This document shows, in pieces, positions 22,301 to 34,300 of a stretch of 53,895 nt of DNA. How positions within the stretch are numbered: position 1 is the stretch's first letter; every line of letters starts with the position of its first letter. The DNA comes from a virus (lineage: Duplodnaviria; Caudoviricetes), in IMG/VR virus record IMGVR_UViG_3300020472_000035, positions 1 to 53,895 of that record; one strand, 5' to 3'. Made by a program: the position numbers and the translations under genes. Below the pieces are notes generated by a model, which was not told the DNA's origin, searched no databases, and worked only from the letters and a program-made list of their open reading frames with translations.

Positions 22301-25300
22301 TGAAATGGTATCTGTTAAGATTGAAATTAGGTTATTTGAAGTTGTATAAACATCAGAACAACTAGTAACTTTATAATCAGACTTGGTTATGCAATTAGAA
22401 TCTGCACTAACAAACTTATGATCATGTACGTTATCTGATGGAGACTTACCAACATTAACTACAAATGTATTAGCTGATGCATTTTTAACTTCTAATACTT
22501 GCTTACTTGCAGGATCAGAAGCACGTGGATAATCATGCTGAGTAGCATGGGCATCCTTAGAACAAGTGAATCTTAGAGAGTCATCAGCGATGTAAATGGA
22601 ATCACCAGCAACATGTATTCCTCTATGAGCAGCAGATACAAATGTATGAGTATATTCACCACCAGTTCTGATACCATTAGTAAGTCCAGACTTGAATGTA
22701 TGGTGATAATTACCACCTGTGGTTACTATTGCTCTTGTAATAGAATTTACAGATGAAGATTCAAATGTATGTGTATATTGATCAGCAAATGCAGCAACAC
22801 CAACATCAACAGTAAATGTATTATTAGTTGGATTGACAACTGTTAACCATCTACCACTAGCAGGGTCGGTTGTTCTTGGATATTCGTGAATACTTGAGTA
22901 TTGGTCTTTAGCACATCTAAAGGATAGACTTTCGTTAGTAATGCGAATCTTCTCACCACTCCGAATTCCGTGGAAAATACTAATACCTTGAGCACTAGCA
23001 GAAACAAAGTTATGTGCTGAAGTATCAGTAACAGCTCCACCACCGCCATTTACATTGACTGTAATTGTGGTTGCAGTTGTTGCTCTAATCGGTAAATGAT
23101 TGTTATATGCGTAGTCAGCTCCAGAAGGAGTAGCAGCACCAGTTGCTCTAGGATAAGATTTGTTTGTAGTGTTTCCATCATTATTATAATCACAAGTAAA
23201 GATTAATGAATTAGGAGCAATTAATATCTCCTGTCCAACTGCTAAAGAGTGAGATCCAACAGTTATTTCCATATCACCTGTGACAGGATTATATGTAACT
23301 GCACTAGCTGTATGCTGAGTTGTTGGAACTGTTATAGTCATATGTCCTGTAGCTGGATCATATGCAACAGTGCTTGGAGTAAATCTGTAAGGTGCTACGC
23401 TACTTAATGTATGTGCAGGAGTAAATGAAGGTGAATAACCATCCAAAGCATTAACTGTAACAGTTGTTGCACCTACTGCATCAATAGGAATTGCTTGAGC
23501 AACAAGTGGATCTCCTTGGATAATACCATCAGTATCTGAACCTGCATAAGTATGTGTTGTTGTATTTGTTGGAGTAGTTCCTTGTAGAATATCAACTTCA
23601 AACTGAGAATCGGTTACTTTACTAATGAATAACCACTTATCGCTTGCAGGATCAGTAGCACGAGGATATGTGTGTATAGTTGCGTTCTGATCTTCTAAAC
23701 ATCTGAACTTGAGTGAATTATCTTTAATCTTAATCGGTGTACCAGAAACCATACCGTGACCAAGAGTGACAGCATTAGCAGACGCAGAAACGAAATTATG
23801 CGTTGTAGTATCTGTAATAGCACCTTGACCACCATTAACATTGACCGTAATAGTATTTGAATCAGCAGCACGAACTTGAAGCCATGTGTCATATGCATAA
23901 TCTGCTCCACTAGTTGTTGTCGCACCACTTGCTCTAGGATAAGTCTTCTGAGTTGTGTTACCGTCACTGTTATAGTCACAAGTCATTGTCAAGGAATTAG
24001 GAGCAAGTTTGATCTTATTGCCTGGAATTATTCCATGACCAACCTGAATTGCACCATCAAGTGCAGAAGTAAAGGTGTGGTTACTAATATCTGTAATAGC
24101 ACCTGCTCCACCGTTAACATTAACTTCTATAGTTGTAGCACCTACAGCAGCAATATCTAACCATGTATCATATGCATAGTCAGCACCAGTTGCAGTAGAA
24201 GCACCAGCAGAACGAGGATAAGACTTAACTGTCTGGTTATTATCGTTATTAAAGTCACAAGTGAACTTAATAGACTCAGGAGTGAATTTAATCCTATCAT
24301 TAGTTGTTAAACTATGAGACCCAATAGTTAGAACCAGAGTTCCAGCAGAAGGTGAATAAGTTGCACCACTAATGTTATATGACCCTGCATTTGCAGAAAT
24401 AGTCATTGTCATATCACCCGATGTTGGGTTATATGTTACAGCAGTAGGAGTAAATGACTCAGTAGGAATATTAACTGTCAAAGCACCTGTAACTGGATTG
24501 TAAATTGTTCCAGTTCCAGCAGTATGAGTAGCAACATTACTTCTTGGATATGTGTGCTTCTCAACAGAACCATCCATTGCACAAGTCATTATCAATGAAT
24601 CAGGAGCAATCTTGATTGTTGAATTTGCCTTGCTAACACAACCTGAAACAGCACTTACGAATGTATGTGTATCAACGTTAGTAGAAGGAATTGCATCTAG
24701 AACCTGAACATCAAAAGTATCTGTAGTAACATTAAAGATTTCAATCCACTTATTGCTAACTGGATCACTTGCACGTGGATAATCTTTTTGTGCAGCACCA
24801 CCAGAGGCACCACCAAAGTTACAACTTAGTTTTAATCCACCATCAGCAATCTTAACTTTCTCACCATTAGAGAAGTTATGACCTGCAATAGTCAATGTCA
24901 TAACACCACTTACAGGATTATATGCAACATCTGTTGGTGTATGAGTTGTAGGAGCAGGGTGACTATGTGCGTCAATAGTTAATGCTAGAGCACCAGTTGA
25001 AGGATTATAAGTTGCTGCACTTGGTGTATAAGCAACAGTTGGAGTTGCACCGACATTAATAGTTACGCTATTGTCACGTTTAACAATACCATGTGGATTA
25101 GACTTAACAAATAAATGTCCAAATTGACCTTCTACACCAGCCTTACCTACAAATACTGTAAATGTGTGATCACTAGCAGCGTTAATTTTTAACCATCTGG
25201 CAGCAAATGGATCATTAGGTCTAGGATAAGCATGTTCTGTTGAATGATTATCTTTACCACATGTAAAGGTTAATGAATAATTCTCTATTCTAATTTCATT

Positions 25301-28300
25301 AGATGTTGTTAATCCATGATTCAAAATTGTCATGGTTAACATACCAGTCACTGTATTATAAGTTGCACCTTCAACAGTCATTCTAGAAGTACTACCATTA
25401 CCCCAAATTGGTAATGCTGTATTATAGAATGGATCATCAACTCTAGGATAAGAGTGATCTGTAGAATCATTATCTTGTGAACAAGTAAATGTCAAGGCAT
25501 CCTTGAGAAGTTTCAAAGTTTCACCAGATCTGGTCATTCCACCAGGAGATGCACTTATGAATTGGTGTGTATAACTACCACCAGATGTTACTGCGTTAGA
25601 AGCAGTACCACCTGCCCAAGTATGGGTATAAGGAGCACCTGCAACAACAGCACCTTTGGCAAGTCCACCTGCCCAAGTATGAGGTGCACTGGTTCCAGAA
25701 GCAATACCAACATTAAGAGTAATTTCGTAATCAGTTACTGAATCAATATTGATTGGCTTATCATAGAATGGATCAGCACCACCTACACAGTTACCGCCTG
25801 TGCAACCAGATGCACGAGGATAAGTCTTAACTTGACCACCAGCTACCTTACCAACATTAACAGTAAGTGTTCCACCAGAAACACCTTCAACTGCTATATT
25901 AGTGTTATAGAATGGATCAGTTGATCTAGGATAAGTATGACTTGAATTATTACTATCAGCATCACAAGTGAATGATAAGGAATTCGCATCAATAGTTATC
26001 ATACTTGAAGCATGTTGAATACCATTAGTGGTTGCAGAAACAAATGTATGAGCAGTTGAGTTGCTAGATGGAACAACATCTAGAACCTGAATATTATACT
26101 GATCAGCATCAACTATTCCTACAATCGCTATCCACTTATCGCTAATTGGATCAGAAGCACGAGGATAAGAATGAAGACTGATATAATTGTCTTGAGCACA
26201 CTTGAATGTTACTGCATTATCTGCAAGTTTAACTAAATCACCAGCAGCGAATCCATGACCAGTTTTCTTAATGGTCATGATACCTGTAGAAGGTTCGTAT
26301 GTAGTTCCTGCTTCTGGAGTATGAGTTGTAGGTGCAGTTATAGTAGTAGAATTAGTTGTTAATACTAATTCTCCTGTAGAATGAGTATACGTGGCATTTG
26401 TTACATTATATTGATTAGAAGTTCCAACTTCATTTACAGCATTAGATGCGGTTCCACCATTATATGTGTGATTACCACTACCGTAAGTACAACTGAATGA
26501 CAATGCATTAGCAGGGATTTTAATCTTAGTATTTGGTGTTAAATGATTCTTAGTAACTATTCCGTTAGCTGCTGCAGAAACAAAGGTGTGTGCTTCATTA
26601 CCAATTGAAATCTGACCTTGACCACCATTAACATTAACAGTAAATGATGTGCTATCATATGCTGTAATTGGAAGCCACTTATCATATGCATAGTCAGCAC
26701 CACTTGTTGTAGCAGCACCTGATGAACGAGGATATGTATTACCTGGTGAACTTACACCAACAGCACAAGTGATCGTTCCATTAAGTTGATCAACTGCTAA
26801 TATTGGAAGAGCTGTATTAAATGCAGGGTCTGTTGCTCTTGGATATGTATGATTAGATCCATGATTATCTAAAGAACAAGTAAATGTTAATGCATCCTGT
26901 GCAATTGTTATAGTATCACTAGTTGTATAACTATGAGAACCAATATTAACTATTAAGTAACCAGTTTGTGCAACATAAGATGCAAAGTTGACATCTTCAT
27001 TAGTTCCACTAACGCTAACTGCATTAGTAACGTTTCCACCAACATAATTATGAATACCTGCACCGTATGTGCAACTGAATGTTAGAGAGTTAGCTACAAT
27101 CTTAATTGAATCTGTAGTTGTTAGACTATGTGCTCCAGTCGTAATTTTTAAATTACCAGTTGAAGGATCATAAGTAGCACCTGTTGCGGTTCTTCTACCT
27201 ACCTGCAATGTCATTACACCAGATGCAGTATCAAAGGATGCATCAGAAACGTCATAATCTACTTGAGGTGCAGCACCAACATTAACAGTGATTGTTCCTG
27301 CTGTTTGATCTACAAAACTAATTGGTATAGAACTCTCATATGCTCTATCAATTCTACGAGTTATTGAATTAGCAGTAGAAGCAGTGCAAGTATGATCTGT
27401 TGTATTTGTGGGTGTTGTTCCCATTAATACATTAACGTCAAATGTAGATGCTTGACAGTTGAATACTTCGATATACTTACCACTAATAGGGTCTGTAGAT
27501 CTTGGATATGTATGAGTTGTTATATGATTATCTTCACCACAAGTAAATGACAGTGAATTATCAGCAATCGTAATCTTATCGCCATCTTGGAATCCATGAT
27601 CACCATCAGTTTGGATGGACATTACACCTGTTGTAGAGTTATAAGAAACTCCAGTGTAGTCTACAGAATGTGTTGAAGTTATATTTCTTGGATATGTCTT
27701 ATTAGCAGTATTACCATCCATTGAACATGTAAATGTCAATGCATTATTTCCGATAATAACATCATCTCCAACTTGAAGACCGTGATTAGCACCAATGGTT
27801 AACACCATATCACCACTAGCGTTATCATATGTGGCACCAGTTACATTATGCTGAACATTAGCAGTAGTACCAACATTAACATCAAATTCTGTATGAGTTA
27901 CATTACTAATAGGAAGCCATTTATTGTAATATGGGTCTGTAATTCTTGGATAGGTATGCTCACTACCATAGTTGTCCATTGAACACTTAAAGATCAATGA
28001 ATCTCTATCAAACATAACTCTATCACCAGTATAGAATCCATGCTCAACAGTAATTGGATTTGGATCTGCAGACTTAAACTTATGCTTATAATCACCACCA
28101 CATATAATTGCATCTGCAACAGCAGAATCAAATGTATGAGTTGTTGTATTACTTGATTTACCAACGTTAATAGTAATTACACCTGACTGATGTGTAAGAC
28201 CATTAGCAACAGCACTTGAGAATGTATGAGTGTCAGTATTAGTAGAAGGAACAACATCTAGAACTTGAACATCAAAATCATTTCCACTTACATTTGATAC

Positions 28301-31300
28301 TTCTAACCATCTACTACTTGCATAATCAGTAGCTCTTGGATATGTTTTAGTTCCACCACTACCGAATGAACAAGTTAAGGATAAAGTATCATCTTGAATC
28401 ATTACTTTATCGCCATTGTTGAATGAATGACCAGCACCAATTGTGATTGTCATTACACCAGTAGCACCGCTATAAGAAGCAGCAGTAATTGTATGTCTAC
28501 TTCCTACCGAATCAATATTGACAGGCATCTCATAGAACATATCACGATGTTGCTCAAGATTACCCATATATCCAACGAATGTATGAGCACTTGTATTAGT
28601 AGAAGGAACAACATCTAAAACTTGAACATCTACACTAGTAGATTGTACATTTTGAACTGGGATCCACTTACCACTGATATAATCACCAGGTCTAGGATAA
28701 GAGTGCTGTGTAGTATGATCATCCTTAGCACAAGTCATTACAATATTATAATCAGGAATTCTAACCCGATCACCATTTTTCATTCCATGACCTGCTACGA
28801 GATCTAATGTCATGATACCTGTAGTAGGATTATATGCTCCAGTAGTTACAGTATGAAGATCAACAATAGAACGAGGATAAGAATGAACACCAGTTCCATA
28901 ACCGCAAGTAAAGAGAAGACTATTAGACTTAATTCTAATTGATGTATTTTGTCTCTCTAATCCACCTGCAGCAAATGAAACGAATGAATGAGCATCAGTA
29001 TTTGTTGAAGGAATAATTGCTAGACATTGAATATCAAATGTATTTGCAGTTACATTAGTAATTGGAATAAACTTACCGCTAATTGGGTCAGTAGAACGAG
29101 GATAAGTCTTCTGTGCAGCACCACCAGTAGCACCACCAAAGTTACAACTCATGGTTAATGCATTATCAGCAAGTCTTACCTTGTCACCCTCAGCAAATCC
29201 ATGATTAGCAAGAGTAAGAGTTACAACACCTGTATTTGGATCATAAGCAGCACTAGTAGGTGAATGAACACTTGGTGCTTGTAAATCATGATCACCAACA
29301 GTTAAAGCCATTACACCTGTGGTAGGTGTGAAGGTAGCAGCAGTTGGAGTAAGAGTAACTTTTGGAGAAATTCCTACATTAACCGTAATTGATGTATCAG
29401 TTACATGTGAAACTTCAAGTTGATTATTATGTGCTGGATCACTCTGTCTTGGATATGAGTGGGTTGTTGTATGACCATCCATATCACAACTAAAGTGAAG
29501 TGAATTATCAGAAATCTTAACTTTTTGTCCTGTCTCTATATTATGAGCATCTATTGTTAGTTCTAAATCTCCACTAATTGCACTATAATCAGCATCTCTA
29601 ACATGATATTGATCATTACCAACATTCATGGTCATTACACCTGTTGACGCAGTATAGTCAGCATTATGAACACTATGCTTACTACCTGGTTTTAGATCAT
29701 TATCACCGATATCCATCGTCAAGAAACCAGTATCAGCATCATAAGTTGCACTAGCAGCAGTATAACTTATTGCAGGTGATTTACCGACATTGACATCAAA
29801 TGTTCCTGTAGCAACGTTAGAAACTTCTAACCATCCTTGTCCTGCAGGATCCTCTGGTCTAGGATAACTCTGTGAAACTGTATTATTATCACAAGTACAT
29901 GTCATTGTGATGGAATTAGGTTCAAACTTAATCCTATCTCCATTCTTCAGACCATGACCGACTGTTAAACAGTTAGATAAAGATGATGAGTAAGTATGAG
30001 CATAAGCATGACTAATAGCACCAGCACCACCATTAACATTAACTGAAATAGTTGTAGCAGTTACATCTTGAATTCTTAGATACTTGTCATATGCATAATC
30101 TTCTCCATTTGGTGTATTAGCACCTGCTGCTCTAGGATATGCACCAGTACCAACTCCACTATTATCACAACTAAATGTAATTCCACCAGTAGCGATCTTA
30201 ACGCTATCATCAGTTGTTAAAGTATGAGCACCAATAGTTAGAACCATTACACCAGTTGCATGGTCATAAGTGGCACCAGTAACGCTGACCTGACTTGTAG
30301 GAACAGTTATAGTTAATACACCTGTTGTAGCAGTATATGCAGCATTAGTTGCTGTAATATGGTGAGGACCATTTAAATTATGATTTGCAGCAGTGATTAA
30401 CATATCACCCATTGTTGGATGGTATGAAATATCAGTTGGACTATATTTCTCTAAAACTTGAGTTGTATAACCATCATTAGTAATAGAAGTATCATAATGC
30501 TGAATTAATCCATGATCACCTTGTATATCCCAAGGAGTATTAGTAACAATATACTTGATGATTCTATCTAAAACTTCAAATGTGTAGACTGTCATAGAGA
30601 CATCATCTTCAACATTCAAGATAGTAACAGGATTAGTAGTTCTATCAACATAGTATGAAGAAGCCTTCCACATATGATGATTACTACCATTACGTAAATC
30701 TTCTACAAGAGAATCAATAACATCTCTTACATCATCCTCACAATCAGACTCAGATCCAATGATAGTATGAGCAGGGTAAACCTGCTTCATGATATAAACA
30801 GATTCCTGAGCAAGTAATTCTTTGTTTAATATTAATAAATCTGCAGCATTCTTATATCTGTGAATCTTACCATTAAATCCTGTAGGAGCACCAGCGATAT
30901 TAGATTTATAAGTTACACTTAAAGCATCGTTGTTAACGAATTCACCCTTACCAAAACTCTCTCCACCAGACCAATCTTCAGTAACTGTTGCAGCATCTGC
31001 ACCATCAAAGTGGACTAGTAATTTTGTATCAGTATCTCCTTGCCAAATACCATTAGGAGAAGTAAATGGAACTGTAGCATAACGTGCAAGTCTAGAATAT
31101 CTAAATTCATCAATCCATCCAGCAAGACTATTAAGTCCCTGCCAATCAGAACCTATTCTAATTGGTTTGTTTGCTGTATAGTTACCACTATCTGTTCCAG
31201 TTCCAATCTCTGTTCCATTAGAAACGATCTTAACATCAGTACCAGTTCTTTGGATTACTAAATGATACCAAACATTATTGTTTAAAACATTTGCTCCAGT

Positions 31301-34300
31301 ATTTGCTATATCAGAACCATTAACATTTAAACGAACTTGTGCTGCCTCTAAGTAAATTCTAGGAGCAACTTCTGTCGCAGATTCCCTCATATCAACTAGA
31401 GTTATAGTTCCAGTTAATGAAGCAGCATCTAAACGAACCCAGAATTCAATAGTGTAATCACCTGTACCAGGAGCAAATTCAGAAGACTTAGGAATCTGAA
31501 CATAATCATTTGTTGCAGCATCAAGAAGCAATGAAGCAGTTCCAAACTTCTTCTGTGCAGTATCTAATTGTGCACTATTAGAGAAGTTAATTACATGATA
31601 ATCTGCACCATGTCTTAATGATCTACCAATCTTACCAAGATATATTGTATTACCTGAATAGTTAAATCCAATAACTTCAGCCTTAGTATCTCTAGTTCTA
31701 ATAATTTGACCAGTTCCGAATAATCCAGAACCTTGCTTATCTTTAAAGGTTAATTTTCTTGCTTTTCCATCTTCACCAGTAACAAAATCACCAATATTAT
31801 TTCCGTAAGAGATCTTATAATTCCTAATCATCTCTCCGACAACCAATGTTCCATTGGCATTATCGTAAGGAATTACTATATTGCTAACATATTCATTAGC
31901 AGGGAATTGTGAATCAATATCTGTTGTAAAGGTTTCATAATCAACAACACTAATTGTAGACTTAGAAATGTCATCTAAAACTATGTTTGGATATGTAATT
32001 GATGTAACTCTGTTGAATAATAGACCAAAGAATGATGAACCTTCAGATATATTGACCTGACCAATAAACTCATTGGTTGTAGGATCTTGATATGTTGCTG
32101 TAGCAGTAAGTCTTGCAACAACACCAGACTGAGCACCCATAATAACATCATCAAGAGCAAGATCAAATAGTCCAGGAGTGGACTGATATGTTCCAGTAGT
32201 CTTACTTAAAGTTAATTTGTTATTAACAGCAATACTAGTTGAATAAACAGGACCATCTTCTGCCTGTGTAAATGCAGTAGTACCAAGTTGTCCTCTAGTT
32301 ACTTCTAATGTCCAAGAATCATTATTGACAGTTATTTGAGTAACAGTTACAATTTCAGAACCAATCTGATAATTAGATGATACAACAAACGTTCCTGCAG
32401 CAGGAGGAGTATCAGGATCAGTTGAAATTTGCTTAGGTGCTACAACTTCAATAGCAGCAGTAGAAGGACCAACTCCGTAACGAAGTTGAGCAAGTGGATC
32501 TTCTGCACCACCTGCTAAGTTAATTGCTTCAACCTTAGCAGTCTGACCATCATGGTTACTAACTGTCTCACCGAATACAAATAAACCAAGATTTGAAATA
32601 TCTGAAATAGAAACGTAATTAGCAACAAATCCAGTAGCACTATTGTTTACCAATTCATTTGCTTGGAATGCAGTTCCTTCTGTAAAATAACCTTGAACAT
32701 CATCTCCAACAATTGCTGTGACAGTAAATCTGGTTAGAGATTCTTGTCCAACCATCGTATTTCCTCTAATTGGGAAAATACCACTAATATTAGTAAATAC
32801 TACTTGCTTTATATCAATTTGCTGTATATCAACATTGACGTATTTGACACTTGCAGGTGGTTGAGGTGGTTGACTGAATACAATAGAATCACCTAAAATT
32901 GTAAATGATGTCCCTGGAGTTTGAGCAACACCATTCAAAATGATCATTAACTGATTAGCATTAGCAACTACATTATCACCATTAACTTGTAGTGGGAATT
33001 GAGTCTTAACACCATCAAATTGATTAGAAATATCATCTAATCTCTGTACAACAGAAGTCAAAATGTTCTCAGAAGACGTTAGTCTCTTCTGACGGAACAG
33101 AACTTCTGAATTATTAAATTCTGAATAAACTGGTTCAACTAGGGAGAAACTTTGTATATTAGGAACAATTGCTTCTCTTGCAAGTTCAACAGCTTTTGTT
33201 ATCTGGAAATCAGTTTCCTTATTAGGAATTTGACCATAATCCGATAGATTTAACTCACCAAATACCTTAAATGATGCAGGGTGAACATTCTTAAGTAAAA
33301 TCTCTTTCCATTCACCAATAGAAACAGCAGACTTAACAGCATAGGAGAAGTCCTGATAATAGTAAGAGTCTTGAATCTTCTGAATAATTTCAGAAGGTTT
33401 ACCAATGTCATCAATGAATTGACCAGTAGTTTTGGTAATAGAACCAATTTCTAGAACACCACGAGCAACCTTTAAATCACTAATGATACCTGAAGACTTA
33501 GAAATAACACCTGTAATTCTTTGATTCTCTGAAAAATCTCCAGTGTAATCAACAATCTTAATAACTCTAGGTCCAACCTGCCAACCAGAGTTAGTTGAAA
33601 CATATCCACTAGCAGTAGCAGCATCTAATGAATCACCTTGATATACAAGTTCACCTTCAAGGAAAGTAGATGTTACAACGTTCGCAGTAGCAGCACCACC
33701 AAATGATTCGGTTAAAACAGTCTGACGACCTTCACCAGCGTTAACGAAAGTAATAGCATCACCTAAAGCAGCGTTAGAAGCAGTAATAGCAAGTTTTAAC
33801 TGGTTAGTTTCTAGTGAATTTGCAGCACCAGCAATAGCATAATAAGTGTTAGATGCATTTAATCTACCAATAGCACCAGCAGCAAGTGGGAAATCTGCCC
33901 CATCTCCAGTATCAGTAACTGTTAATGTAACTTCAGCACCATTCTGAATACCATGTGGGAAAGCAAACTGTAGTAATCCTAAGTCAAGGTTAACAACATA
34001 GTTAAAGGATGATCTTAAAGATACAACAGGAGCAGAAGAGTAACCTGAACCTGGATCTTTAACGATAATATCATCTAGACGACCGTTCTTAATAGTTGCT
34101 TCAGCAGTTGCATTAAATCCACCACCACCTGTAATAACAACAGTAGGTGATTGTGAATATCCAGAACCTGGGTCAGTAATTGTAATACTGTCTAGGATAC
34201 TTGTAGAAGTTAACTGAGCATTAATTGGGAACGAAATCTCAGGACGTAAAGTATAGTCATGAGGATAATCATAACCAAAGTTATTATTCTTAAGTTTCTT

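Noticed and set aside
20373-30450. Recurring DNA strings (e.g. catatgcatagtcagcacc, cttggatatgt) as a possible CRISPR array or DGR template/variable repeat pair
   Set aside because: The spacing is irregular, the copies are in-frame codons for DYAYD/YPR motifs with mostly third-position differences, and the window has no cas or reverse transcriptase gene.
22380-30450. Nested inserts as inteins or self-splicing introns
   Set aside because: There are no intein C/S...HN-C/S/T ends, LAGLIDADG/HNH motifs or frame breaks; the inserts are homologous to their host domain.
22380-30450. Scrambled repeat order as an assembly artefact
   Set aside because: The frame stays open, the copies are well diverged, and all openings and closings balance, which misassembly is unlikely to produce. 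Long reads would still be the formal test.
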